Shown here piece after piece: positions 55,022 to 63,319 of a DNA stretch of 64,000 bases. Within the stretch, counting starts at the first letter, position 1. Each line of letters begins with the position of its first letter. The position numbers and the translations under genes are program-made. A model generated the notes under the pieces. The model worked only from the letters and a program-made list of their open reading frames with translations, had not been told where the DNA came from and searched no databases. Source of the DNA: Candidatus Staskawiczbacteria bacterium RIFOXYB1_FULL_38_37 (GTDB taxonomy: Bacteria > Patescibacteriota > Minisyncoccia > Minisyncoccales > Staskawiczbacteraceae); the NCBI GenBank assembly GCA_001822075.1, contig MHPK01000001.1, positions 22,757 through 86,756 on the forward strand, written 5' to 3'.

Positions 55022-55855
55022 TTAGAAAATAAGTGTGCAAGCTGGCACCTCCACACAATTGCCAGGGTCATCAGTGGCCATAACGGTCACTGTATATTCT
55101 ATAGCGGGTATATTAAAATTCCATTTATTGCTTCCAAAAATTCCGTCTCCGTCATTATCCACCATTGATATTTCTCTATACGTGCATATAAATCCTGGTG
55201 ATTGCGGAGATTTATATGGATCATCGCATTGATTATAATTTTCAGATCCCTCACCATATATAGCAGCTACGACCGTCAAATCTGATGGATCGCCATCAGG
55301 ATCATTGACAGCAGCTTCTACTGCAAAGCCGTCTGCTCCAGGAGCAGTATATTCACAGGTTTCTCCTGTTATAACAGGGGGCGAACCAATTACTTTCACG
55401 CCAGCATCAAGCCTTATTGCCCTTGAGGCATCTTCATAAAAGCCCTTGGAGATTAAAACTCCTGTAGAACGTCTGCACTGCTGGTTAACTGAAACATCCA
55501 CGTTATAAGAGCCGCCGTTTGCAGTTAGGCTTTCAAATTTAATTTGGCAGTCTGTACAGCTTTGAAAATTACAATCTGATCCCTCTCCCTCATCGGGATC
55601 ACAGTCTTCAATGCTGCAAATATTGCATATGCCTCTTGCAGCTCCATCTGGAATTTGCTGTCTGTCGTAATAAAGCACTTTTTCTATTCCGCTTTCAGCT
55701 GTGTAGTAAGCTGCCAAAGAATTCCCTATATTTCTCAAAACTTTAATTTCAGTGTACAAAAAAGTGCTTATAGACAAAACCACAAACAAAATTATTGTTG
55801 CTATAAAAAAGGTGATAATCAATGATACTCCTTTTTGGTAATTCATATTACTCAA
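55022..55855 (-). CDS. PilX-like pilus-associated protein (277 aa)
   Basis: Hydrophobic N-terminus GVSLIITFFIATIILFVVLSIS and the AAYYTAESGIEKVLY segment resemble PilX_N. Last gene of the minor-pilin row. Confidence 0.5.
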   Translation of the reverse strand: MSNMNYQKGVSLIITFFIATIILFVVLSISTFLYTEIKVLRNIGNSLAAYYTAESGIEKVLYYDRQQIPDGAARGICNICSIEDCDPDEGEGSDCNFQSCTDCQIKFESLTANGGSYNVDVSVNQQCRRSTGVLISKGFYEDASRAIRLDAGVKVIGSPPVITGETCEYTAPGADGFAVEAAVNDPDGDPSDLTVVAAIYGEGSENYNQCDDPYKSPQSPGFICTYREISMVDNDGDGIFGSNKWNFNIPAIEYTVTVMATDDPGNCVEVPACTLIF

Positions 55856-56534
55856 TATTTAAATTTCTGGCAGAAACAGTTGTCTGGACCTTTCTTTCCA
55901 TTTGCTCTGAGCCTCCAAGCGCCTTAAATGTCATTAAAATTGTTACTCTTGGCTGATGGCCAGGGTCTGTGCCGTTGGTTCCAAAAACAAAAACCGAATC
56001 ATTGCTGGCGTTTATTTTAAATCTCGGGTTAGTTATTTTTATCTTTTCTGAAGTAAGCGCAACTGCATGGTCAATATTAATGTCTGCAAAACTACCTGTA
56101 CTTTTTATTTCTTTTAAAATATATCCGTCTGTCGGGTTGCCATCAAACAAAAATTCCTGGCATATTGGGTCGCCGTCGCCATTAACATTTGAGGCGTTTA
56201 AAAATCTTATTCCCGTATAAATACCCGGGTCATTCTCATATCTTGTAAGCACATAAACACCATTAATGTCATCAAATACTTCTGGCCCTTCTGGATTTAT
56301 TACGCACTCGCCTTCTTCGTCTTTTGTTGCCATTCTTAAAGCTTTAGACATATATTCTATAGCATAGCTTGATTGGCTGATAAGCTGCTGTTCTGACAAA
56401 ATTCTTCTCTGCACAGCCACTATAGAAACAAAAAGCCCCACGGCTGTTCCCACAATAAGAAAAAACACAGCCAAAGCAACAATTATTTCTATCATGCTAA
56501 ATCCTTTATTATTTATATTATTAGTACCAGTCAT
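55848..56534 (-). CDS. Minor pilin (prepilin-type N-terminal cleavage/methylation domain)
   Basis: KGFSMIEIIVALAVFFLIVG motif. Overlaps both neighbours. Confidence 0.65.
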   Translation of the reverse strand: MTGTNNINNKGFSMIEIIVALAVFFLIVGTAVGLFVSIVAVQRRILSEQQLISQSSYAIEYMSKALRMATKDEEGECVINPEGPEVFDDINGVYVLTRYENDPGIYTGIRFLNASNVNGDGDPICQEFLFDGNPTDGYILKEIKSTGSFADINIDHAVALTSEKIKITNPRFKINASNDSVFVFGTNGTDPGHQPRVTILMTFKALGGSEQMERKVQTTVSARNLNIE

Positions 56535-57057
56535 ACATATATTCTTCCATTTTAACGCAATTTAATTCTCCGCAAGCGCCCGCAGGCTCTTGATGGCTTA
56601 ATATGGTTGCATTTTTTTGCCAAGTAACTTCTACAGAAACAAGCATGGCGCCCCCGGACTCCTGTGACATATGCTTAATTGTAATTTTTCTTTTAAATTT
56701 TGATTCAGGACCTGTGTCATAACTGTAAAACCCTCTAACATCTATATTTAAATAATTTCCGTCTCCTATCCATGGTTGAATTTCATTTCCAGACCTTGTA
56801 AGATAATCGACTTCAATTCCTTGATCACGATCCACAAAGCCAGCATTCCACTCTTCTTGCCCTAACACCCAGTTGCTGTCTCTTATGTTTCTAACTATCT
56901 CTATGCCTTCTTGGGCAAGGTACGAGGCCATAAACTTATTAGAATTATCAGATGCCAGAATAACCACAACAGCAAAAGCGCTGTAAACGCCTATAACAGC
57001 AATAAGTATAATAAAAATAGATATGGCAACTTCTACAATTGTGAATCCTTTTCTCAT
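56521..57057 (-). CDS. Minor pilin (prepilin-type N-terminus), PilV-like
   Basis: MRKGFTIVEVAISIFIILIAVIG. Confidence 0.65.
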   Translation of the reverse strand: MRKGFTIVEVAISIFIILIAVIGVYSAFAVVVILASDNSNKFMASYLAQEGIEIVRNIRDSNWVLGQEEWNAGFVDRDQGIEVDYLTRSGNEIQPWIGDGNYLNIDVRGFYSYDTGPESKFKRKITIKHMSQESGGAMLVSVEVTWQKNATILSHQEPAGACGELNCVKMEEYMYDWY

Positions 57058-57062
57058 AAAAA

Positions 57063-57668
57063 TTATTTTACCTCTATCAGCCCAGAAGAATTAACTGAAA
57101 TTATTTTTTCTAAGTTATTATCAAAGGTTGAGCCAATAACAATATTAATGCTATTTATTTCACCGCCAGCTGCTGTTATAGTTACTTTTGGGTTTGGCGG
57201 AGTAAAATTAATACTCACAGAACTAAAACTCAACTCAACTTCATTTTTTATATCCTTAATATAAACTCCGCCTTTTTCTTCAAACATTTTAATTGTTTCA
57301 ATAATAGAATCGCAACCATCGCTATCATATTCAAAGTTAGGGGGCCCAGAGCAGTTATCAGCATATATTATATACTGTTTGTCTCCACCGCCCTCAGTGT
57401 TGATATAAAGCCCATATCCTCCAGGTGGCGGAGTCTCCTGGCTTTCAATTTGAATGCCAGACAAGCCCAAATCCTCGGTTCTTCTTATATCCTGCGATAA
57501 TTTATATGCAGACCTTGAAACAGCAAACTGCCTTATAATCCCCGGAAAGTCTGCTATTAAAACCATTGAGAAAAAAACAATAATAACAATGGCAACTGCA
57601 ATTTCAGTTAAAGTTGAGCCTTTTTCTTGAAACTCATCTGGCAGCTGACGGATTGAAATTTGAAACAT
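57063..57668 (-). CDS. Minor pilin/pseudopilin with long leader (GspH/FimT-like)
   Basis: ...EKGSTLTEIAVAIVIIVFFSMVLI is a class III signal-like segment. Its position immediately after pilD supports the call. Confidence 0.55.
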   Translation of the reverse strand: MFQISIRQLPDEFQEKGSTLTEIAVAIVIIVFFSMVLIADFPGIIRQFAVSRSAYKLSQDIRRTEDLGLSGIQIESQETPPPGGYGLYINTEGGGDKQYIIYADNCSGPPNFEYDSDGCDSIIETIKMFEEKGGVYIKDIKNEVELSFSSVSINFTPPNPKVTITAAGGEINSINIVIGSTFDNNLEKIISVNSSGLIEVK

Positions 57669-57671
57669 AAA

Positions 57672-58589
57672 TCAAATAAACATATTAAAATACCAGCTTA
57701 TTATCTGCTGGCCCCAAAACATTGCCATAAATGTGCCTATGATTAAAAATGGGCCGAAAGGTATTTCGCTTTTTAATTTTTTTTCACGCAAGACAATCAG
57801 TATTATGCTTATTATAGCGCCAAAAAAGAATGCTAAAAACAGAGCGGCCAAAACATTGTTAACTCCAAGCAATAAACCCATTAAAACAGCCAGCTTTACA
57901 TCGCCAAACCCCATCCAGCGTCCCTTGGAAATAAGAAAAATTACCAAGAAAAAACCCGAAGCAATGATGGCGGCGAGCAAATAACCGCCAAAAATCCGAA
58001 ATCCGAAATCCGAAATCCGAAACAAATTTAAATTTTCAAAATCCAAAATTCCAAATTCAAAAATGCGATAAACTGCTGTTATACCTATTGCAGGGAACAA
58101 AACTTTGTCGGGAATAATATAATGCTTTAAATCATACACAAAAATTATAATTAAAGAGCTGGCAACATAAAACCAAAAGGCCAAATTTATGAAATTTAAA
58201 ATTTGGATTTCATTTAAAATTTGAAATTTAAAATTTAAAATTAACAAAAATATCGCACCCGTTGCTAATTCAACTGCAGGATACTGCCATGATATTTTTT
58301 TTCTGCAATATCTGCATTTTGCTTTAAAAAACATAAAGCTAAAAACCGGAACCAAATCAGTCCAGCTTAAAGTATGCTTGCAATTAGGGCAAAAGCTTCT
58401 GCCACGCAGTTTCTTTATTAAACTTTGCCTCCCCGACAAAAGCGCTTCGCGCATTTTGACGGGCCCGTCAGAATGTCCCGCATTAGCGGGACTTTCGTCG
58501 GGCAGTCTATAAATAACGCAGTTCAAAAAACTGCCAATACACAGCCCCAAACCAAAAATAAAAATATAAGCTAAAAACCCTAAAATCAT
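57672..58589 (-). CDS. pilD: Prepilin peptidase (A24 family) with three repeat-derived in-frame insertions
   Basis: CPNC...CRYC zinc cluster and a polytopic membrane body. Catalytic-region motifs include GFGDVKLAVLMG and the FGPFLIIG segment. Confidence 0.85.
   Translation of the reverse strand: MILGFLAYIFIFGLGLCIGSFLNCVIYRLPDESPANAGHSDGPVKMREALLSGRQSLIKKLRGRSFCPNCKHTLSWTDLVPVFSFMFFKAKCRYCRKKISWQYPAVELATGAIFLLILNFKFQILNEIQILNFINLAFWFYVASSLIIIFVYDLKHYIIPDKVLFPAIGITAVYRIFEFGILDFENLNLFRISDFGFRIFGGYLLAAIIASGFFLVIFLISKGRWMGFGDVKLAVLMGLLLGVNNVLAALFLAFFFGAIISIILIVLREKKLKSEIPFGPFLIIGTFMAMFWGQQIISWYFNMFI
57990..58065. repeat. (aaatccga)x4 followed by aaattt/aaaatcc/aaattcc/aaattca array, in frame in pilD
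   Basis: aaaaatccgaaatccgaaatccgaaatccgaaacaaatttaaattttcaaaatccaaaattccaaattcaaaaatg reads on the minus strand as IFEFGILDFENLNLFRISDFGFRIF. Confidence 0.85.
58183..58245. repeat. AT-rich 7-8-nt array (aaatttN) in frame in pilD
   Basis: aaatttatgaaatttaaaatttggatttcatttaaaatttgaaatttaaaatttaaaattaac reads on the minus strand as LILNFKFQILNEIQILNFINL. Confidence 0.8.
58428..58505. repeat. GC-rich multi-hairpin insertion in frame in pilD
   Basis: Contains gcgc-ttc-gcgc, gacgggcccgtc and gtcccgc-atta-gcgggac. Translates as DESPANAGHSDGPVKMREALLSGRQS, immediately before the CPNC motif. Confidence 0.8.
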
Positions 58590-58603
58590 TAAATAATCTT
58601 ACC
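58541..58603. repeat. Direct repeat DR1 (the pilD 5' end plus 14 nt upstream)
   Basis: 63 bp matching 59785-59847 (offset 1244) with 5 mismatches by hand alignment. Confidence 0.8.
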
Positions 58604-58675
58604 CGGTTAAATAATCTATTTAATTATTATAAAACAATTAAATAGATTAAGCCAATGCTTATTTAACAGGGTGAA
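58599..58675. repeat. MITE-like element, copy 2: ttacccggttaaataa ... ttatttaacagggtgaa
   Basis: Terminal inverted repeats related to 42423-42486. Begins exactly where DR1 identity ends. Confidence 0.55.
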
Positions 58676-58720
58676 TCATTTTTTCTAAACAAAAAACAGA
58701 GCCTTTTACAGCCTGTTTTG

Positions 58721-59344
58721 TTAAGACAGACTAAACTCTATAAGTTTTAATTTTATCATTTCATCGCTGGTTTCAAAGCCCGGTTTCCAAATAATTTCTT
58801 CGCGGTAATCCATGTCTCCAAAATACGCAAGTTGATTTCTAAACATCCGTTCATTAAATTCATTGCCAAATATATTCTTGGCTTTTTTAATAATTTCTGC
58901 CAGCTTATGCTTCTTGTCCATTATAAAATACAAATCAACATAATCTTTCCATTTTGGCCTGCGCCCTAAAGCATATGCTTTCATTGCGGCAAGAGTCAAA
59001 AGGTCTGGCATTGCTATTATATTCTCAAAATTCATATTAAATTTTATTTCAAAAGGATAGTGAAAAAAAGTCAATTTCACTGGACCTATATCCATGGTGT
59101 ACTGTCCTGTTTCGTCTCTTAAAACTCTGGGAATTCTTTTTCCTCTTATTATTTTTGCCCTGATTTTATGATTTTCAAATTCTGATAATGAAAATAAGTC
59201 AAAATCTATGGATTCCCTGTGGCCGATATGCAAGGCAATGGCTGTCCCCCCCACCAAGCCAAAATCTTTTTTAAATAATTTTATCAACGGCAAAAGTTCT
59301 TTCTGTTCTTTAGTTAAAATTTCCTTATGCAACTTACTTGGCAT
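58721..59344 (-). CDS. AbiEii-type nucleotidyltransferase (type IV TA toxin family)
   Basis: Start moved to MPSKLHKE. FGLVGGTAIALHIGHRESIDFDLFS matches the AbiEii GGTAL...HR.S.D.D motif. Confidence 0.7.
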   Translation of the reverse strand: MPSKLHKEILTKEQKELLPLIKLFKKDFGLVGGTAIALHIGHRESIDFDLFSLSEFENHKIRAKIIRGKRIPRVLRDETGQYTMDIGPVKLTFFHYPFEIKFNMNFENIIAMPDLLTLAAMKAYALGRRPKWKDYVDLYFIMDKKHKLAEIIKKAKNIFGNEFNERMFRNQLAYFGDMDYREEIIWKPGFETSDEMIKLKLIEFSLS

Positions 59345-59609
59345 ATTTATTAAAATATAAAGAAAAATAATTTCGCGCCTTTTTATCATAGTTCGTTCTT
59401 GGGCCGCTGGTTTGCCTCCTAAAAATCTCTGCTATCTTTTTAATGCCTACAATTTTAATAAGCTGGTTAAAATCGTCCCAATTCCCATAATTTAAGGTGT
59501 GTTCAACTATTGCCTCAACCGGAAGATTCTCAGGCTCTTTTGCATACCAAATCAAATACCTTCTCTTTTTCATATATTTTTTAAGCTTGTTTTGAATTGT
59601 TTTTTCCAT
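59334..59609 (-). CDS. 91-aa partner ORF upstream of the AbiEii-like gene (putative antitoxin, non-canonical)
   Basis: 11-nt overlap with the NTase start. Much shorter than AbiEi, with no recognisable HTH. Confidence 0.4.
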   Translation of the reverse strand: MEKTIQNKLKKYMKKRRYLIWYAKEPENLPVEAIVEHTLNYGNWDDFNQLIKIVGIKKIAEIFRRQTSGPRTNYDKKARNYFSLYFNKYAK

Positions 59610-59711
59610 GTATATACTTAATTATAGCACAAAAACCCTGCTTAATCCATACCTGCTATCGCGTTTACTCACCTGTTTGAAGTTTTGCAGATACCCGGCA
59701 CCTTAACAGTT

Positions 59712-59740
59712 AGATAGACGTCGGACGTCTATCTGTTTTT
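59712..59740 (+). terminator. 23-nt palindrome agatagacgtcggacgtctatct + T-run (plus-strand terminator-like)
   Basis: 11-bp arms with the central motif gtcggac shared with the ligA palindromes. No annotated plus-strand gene lies upstream. Confidence 0.4.
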
Positions 59741-59784
59741 AGCTGAAACTTCGAGTTGGTGAGGAGTTGTCTGCCCGCCCGCGC

Positions 59785-59847
59785 ACCGCCCAAAAACAAA
59801 AATAAAAATATAAGCTAAAAATTCTAAAATCATTAAATAATCTTACC
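59785..59847. repeat. Direct repeat DR2: relic copy of the pilD 5' end (ATG at 59833, MILEFLAYIFIFVFG... then diverges)
   Basis: See DR1. The relic ORF runs about 33 codons before a stop. Confidence 0.8.
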
Positions 59848-59863
59848 ATTTTTTCCTACATTT

Positions 59864-59889
59864 AAAAAGCCCCGAAATCGGAGCTTTTT
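59864..59889 (-). terminator. Terminator after the pilin gene
   Basis: Minus strand reads aaaaagctccg-attt-cggggcttttt. Confidence 0.6.
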
Positions 59890-59923
59890 AAATTACACGA
59901 GAATCTTTCTCAAAATAGTTAAT

Positions 59924-60340
59924 TTAGGGACAAGCATCCAAAGCCGCACAAGTGCCAGTTACTTGTATTTTTTTACCAGAGGCGTCTACACAGAAATAAT
60001 CACCAGAATCTGCAACTAATTGGGCGCAAGCAGCCCAGGTATCTACGTCCTCATTAGCTGTTAAAGTACAAATTAGTGTTGAATCCGCATCTGTTATAGC
60101 ACCAGAGACAGGACCTGCGCAGCCCATGCTAGTATCTGCCCCAAAACCTGCATATGTAGCATTTTCATCAACATATACTGCTGAATTTATAAGCAAACTG
60201 CTTAAATTGCCCTTAATGGCGGCGTCCTTACCCCGGTTTATATATTGGGTGACGTTAACTAATACGATAGTGGCCAATACGGCGATAATTGCGATAACCA
60301 CTATCAACTCAATAATCGTAAAACCTTTTGATTTGTTCAT
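59924..60340 (-). CDS. pilA: Type IV pilin (probable major pilin)
   Basis: MNKSKGFTIIELIVVIAIIAVLATIVL class III signal and a C-terminal Cys pair. Confidence 0.8.
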   Translation of the reverse strand: MNKSKGFTIIELIVVIAIIAVLATIVLVNVTQYINRGKDAAIKGNLSSLLINSAVYVDENATYAGFGADTSMGCAGPVSGAITDADSTLICTLTANEDVDTWAACAQLVADSGDYFCVDASGKKIQVTGTCAALDACP

Positions 60341-60481
60341 TTTTTTCTTGATTTTAATTATATTTTATGTTTTTTATATTTTTTAGGTTTTGCCCTGCAA
60401 ATTATGCAGGGAATAAATCGACCTTTAAAAGTATGCTATTACTTATTTTAATACATTTTTGAAATATCAAGTAGTGGATAA

Positions 60482-60931
60482 CTAATCTATAGGCGGACAT
60501 TCAAAATTCGGCATATCTGTCTCTGAATCCTCGGGACAATCTGCTATATCTATTTCTTCTTTAACTCCCCTACTATCAACGCAAAATGCTTTTTCCGGAT
60601 TCTTTGGCGTAAATAACTTTACACAGGCAACCCATTTGTCATAAGAATCACTGACTTTGCAGTAGGGAGTATATGAAGAGGGAAGAGGCATTTGCTCAAA
60701 AGAATTTAAAACCACAGAAGATCCGCAAAAACCATAATAGCTTTTTTCTCCCGGGCCGTCGTAGTAAACTTCGCCAGCTGGTATTAAAATAGACAAATTA
60801 CCCTGAATGTTTGAATCTTTGCTTCTGTTTACAAAATATAATGTGGTAAATAAAATTGTGGTTGACAAGATAACTATGAGAGCCACCACCACAACCATTT
60901 CGGCCAACGTAAACCCATAACTTTTCTGCAT
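60482..60931 (-). CDS. Type IV pilin-like protein
   Basis: MQKSYGFTLAEMVVVVALIVILSTTIL prepilin N-terminus. Confidence 0.75.
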   Translation of the reverse strand: MQKSYGFTLAEMVVVVALIVILSTTILFTTLYFVNRSKDSNIQGNLSILIPAGEVYYDGPGEKSYYGFCGSSVVLNSFEQMPLPSSYTPYCKVSDSYDKWVACVKLFTPKNPEKAFCVDSRGVKEEIDIADCPEDSETDMPNFECPPID

Positions 60932-61010
60932 ATCCTATGTTATTTTAATTATAATTTTTGCGATGAGCGCAAGCAATAGCTTATATGTGGATAAGTTCAC
61001 TGTGGCTCGC

Positions 61011-62219
61011 CTATATGCTACCTAATGTGCCATATAGCGGCTCTAAAACAGAAATAGCTAAAATTGCGACTACCCCGCCCAGAAATATTATTAAAATCGG
61101 CTCTAACATTGCTGTAAAAGTGGCGATAGACCTGTTTATTTCTTTTTGGTAAAAGTTAACAACTTCCATTAAATTTTTGTCTAAGCTTCCCGTGTCCTCT
61201 CCCACCTGAATCATTTGCACCACAAACGGAGGCACATATTTGGGGTACCTTACCAAAACAGAGCTTATTCTTTCGCCTTCAGAAACCCTTTCTTCTATGT
61301 CCGAAATTATATCTTTATAAACAAAACTGCCCACTGTATTTTTTACAATTTTTAAGGCATTGTTTATAGAAAGCCCGGCGCCTATTAATGTTGAAAGGTT
61401 TTCAGAAAAATTCACAAGATATATTTTTTTAAAAAAATCAGATATAAAAGGAATTCTTAAAGAAATCCTGTCTAGCCTTTTTTTGCCTTCTTTGGTCGTA
61501 AAATAATAAATTATAAATACAATTAATGCTAAAAATCCAAGCGCTATAATCCAGCCGTAGTTGCTCAAAAAAGTATAAAAACCTATCATCAACGTGGTAA
61601 AAAACGGCGGCTCATTGGTTGTTTCTTTTAAAAGCCCGATGAGCCTTGGCATTACAAAAAACATTACCATTAAAACCACAGCTATCAGCACAACAATCAC
61701 GAAAGCTGGATAAATCATTGCCCCCTTTATCTGCGAGGTTATGTCATCTTCCCTTTCTAAGTGGTCTGAAAGATAATAAAGGGATTCGGAAATTTTTCCC
61801 GAAGCCTCGCCTGTTTTTATCAAGCTGATATAAAAATCGCTGAAAATATCGGGAAATTTTGAAAAAGCGTCCGACAAAGAATTTCCTTCCTCCACCAGCT
61901 GTGAAATTTTTAAAATCTTTTCTCTAAAAATCTCTTTTTTGGCCTGGGCTGACAAGCTTTTCAAGCTTTGGGTTACAGGCACGCGCGAGCCCATCATTAG
62001 AGCTAACTGCCTTGAAAAAATCGCCAACTCTTTTTTTGTGATTCTTTCAAAAAATTTTATATTTTTATTGGCAAAAATCGACGAAGAATCTTTTTTTAAT
62101 GAAGTTACGAAAATATCATATTTTTGCAAAATAAGAGCCGCCGCTTCTTTGGAAGAAGCATCCACAGTTCCTGTTTCAACTTTTCCTTCTTTTGACCTCG
62201 CTTGATAAATATATTTCAT
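61011..62219 (-). CDS. pilC: Type IV pilus platform protein PilC (GspF family)
   Basis: Two T2SSF repeats (FSRQLALMMGSRVPV...; LIGAGLSINNAL...) and three TM segments, 402 aa. Confidence 0.9.
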   Translation of the reverse strand: MKYIYQARSKEGKVETGTVDASSKEAAALILQKYDIFVTSLKKDSSSIFANKNIKFFERITKKELAIFSRQLALMMGSRVPVTQSLKSLSAQAKKEIFREKILKISQLVEEGNSLSDAFSKFPDIFSDFYISLIKTGEASGKISESLYYLSDHLEREDDITSQIKGAMIYPAFVIVVLIAVVLMVMFFVMPRLIGLLKETTNEPPFFTTLMIGFYTFLSNYGWIIALGFLALIVFIIYYFTTKEGKKRLDRISLRIPFISDFFKKIYLVNFSENLSTLIGAGLSINNALKIVKNTVGSFVYKDIISDIEERVSEGERISSVLVRYPKYVPPFVVQMIQVGEDTGSLDKNLMEVVNFYQKEINRSIATFTAMLEPILIIFLGGVVAILAISVLEPLYGTLGSI

Positions 62220-62234
62220 GATAAACGATTCGCA

Positions 62235-63299
62235 TTAGCGCAATAGATTTTTGACCTCTGACGGGTCTGTCGCATAATCTATGGCGTTTTTTAAAGATAT
62301 TTCTTTTTTTCTCACCAAATCAACCAATGCCCTTGAAAAAGAAATCATGCCGTCTTTGGCAGAAGTTTCTATCACAGCTGGAATTTCATGGGTTTTGTTT
62401 TCCCTTATTAAGGTGGAAATAGCATTATTACAAAGCATAACCTCGCAAACAGGAATAAATCCGCCTTTTATCCTTGGCACCAGCCTTTGGGAAATTATTC
62501 CCAAAAGGGATGAAGCCAGCTGGAATCTTATCTGGTTTTGCTGTTCTGCCGGAAAAACATCAACTGCCCTGTGAATTGTCTGGGCTGAAGAATTTGTGTG
62601 TAATGTGGCAAAAACCAAATGGCCTGTTTCAGCTGCTGTTATCGCGGTTGAAATTGTTTCTAAATCTCTCATCTCTCCCACCATAATAACATCTGGGTTC
62701 TGCCTGAAAGTGGCTCTTAATGCTGATGCAAAACTTAATGTGTCCAACGAAACTTCTCGCTGGTCAACAACAGCCCTGTCAACAGGATATGTGTATTCAA
62801 TGGGGTCCTCAATGGTTATTATATGAACCGGCCTTGTATGGTTGATTTCATCAAGTATAGCGGCCAAAGTGGTAGACTTTCCCTGGCTGGATGCGCCTGT
62901 CACTAAAAGAAGACCCTGCGGCCTGGAAGTAAAGTCGTGCAAAACCGGCGGGAGGTTCAGCTCTTCAATGGTTCTTATTTTTGAAGGTATAAAACGCAAA
63001 GCAAGGCTGACCGTTCCCCTTTGAAAAAAAGCATTCACCCTGAACCTTCCTCTGTCTTCAAAATTATAAGAAAAATCAATTTCTCTTTCTTCTAAAAATT
63101 TCTTTTTCTGGTTTTCTGACATTATGGCAAAGGCCATTCCTTCGGAATCTTTTTCTGTAACTTCTTTCTCGTGGCCCAAAGGCACCAGCTGGCCTGTAAT
63201 ACGTATATGCGGAGCATAATTTACTGAAATATCCAAATCAGACGCTTCCTCTTTAACTGTTATGTCCAATAATTTTTTAAAATAAGATAAATAATCCAT
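62235..63299 (-). CDS. pilT: Twitching-motility/retraction ATPase PilT
   Basis: Walker A-like GASSQGKST, the Asp box, GHLVFATLHTNSSAQTIHR and a PilT-typical ~350-aa size. Confidence 0.9.
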   Translation of the reverse strand: MDYLSYFKKLLDITVKEEASDLDISVNYAPHIRITGQLVPLGHEKEVTEKDSEGMAFAIMSENQKKKFLEEREIDFSYNFEDRGRFRVNAFFQRGTVSLALRFIPSKIRTIEELNLPPVLHDFTSRPQGLLLVTGASSQGKSTTLAAILDEINHTRPVHIITIEDPIEYTYPVDRAVVDQREVSLDTLSFASALRATFRQNPDVIMVGEMRDLETISTAITAAETGHLVFATLHTNSSAQTIHRAVDVFPAEQQNQIRFQLASSLLGIISQRLVPRIKGGFIPVCEVMLCNNAISTLIRENKTHEIPAVIETSAKDGMISFSRALVDLVRKKEISLKNAIDYATDPSEVKNLLR

Positions 63300-63319
63300 A
63301 GCTTTTTACTTCGTTAAGT

